Shown here in pieces: positions 63,664 through 64,000 of a stretch of DNA of 64,000 nt. This DNA is from Eledone cirrhosa. Taxonomy: Eukaryota. The translations under genes and the position numbers were made by a program. Position 1 is the first letter of the stretch, and every line of letters starts with the position of its first letter. Where the stretch lies: assembly GCA_964016885.1 (NCBI GenBank), contig OZ024740.1:245334001-245398000 (forward strand), in the 5' to 3' direction. Below the pieces are notes generated by a model. The model was given only the letters and a program-made list of their open reading frames with translations, did not search any database and was not told the origin of the DNA.

Positions 63664-64000
63664 ATCAATGGCAACCTTCTTCAAATGGTCCTTATTATCA
63701 GCAGCAACAACCACAAATTCAATGGCAACCTTCTTCAAACCACAAATTCAATGGCAACCTTCTTCAAATGGTCTTTGGCATGGTGTCAAGTCAGAACCGC
63801 CTCGAACTGGTTACTTCTGGCTTGTGCAAGGTGTCTCTATAGCAACCAGCGATTCCCTCGGCCTCAGTGATCAAAGTCAATGGAGAGGGGAAGGTAATGT
63901 TTCTATAGCGACAGTGTTTCTCTTGGTAGTACCAAAGTGGAGAAAGGAAGGGGAAGGTAATATTTCTGAAGCACGTGTTTTAGCGTCTATTCACTCTCTC

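Overview
AT-rich, microsatellite-dense eukaryotic DNA with no convincing host gene. The SINEs resemble octopus/cephalopod families, so an invertebrate source is inferred but not proven. The window is mostly nested transposon relics: Penelope-like elements (PLE; Naiad-type and a second clade), a Tx1/L1 LINE, RTE and R4/Dong-like LINE fragments, Helitrons, tRNA-derived SINEs and a MITE. The main signal is a system of type I hammerhead ribozyme (HHR) elements inserted in (TA)n tracts. It includes a 12.6-copy tandem array of an apparently identical 467-bp unit (30455-36358) with one minimal HHR per unit, and a homologous ~425-460-bp family present as circularly permuted and fold-back copies. More than a dozen further HHR motifs lie in PLE termini and palindromic inserts. 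This fits retrozyme-like, circular-RNA-derived non-autonomous elements mobilised by PLE RT/GIY-YIG proteins. All structures were paired by eye; no folding or database search was run.
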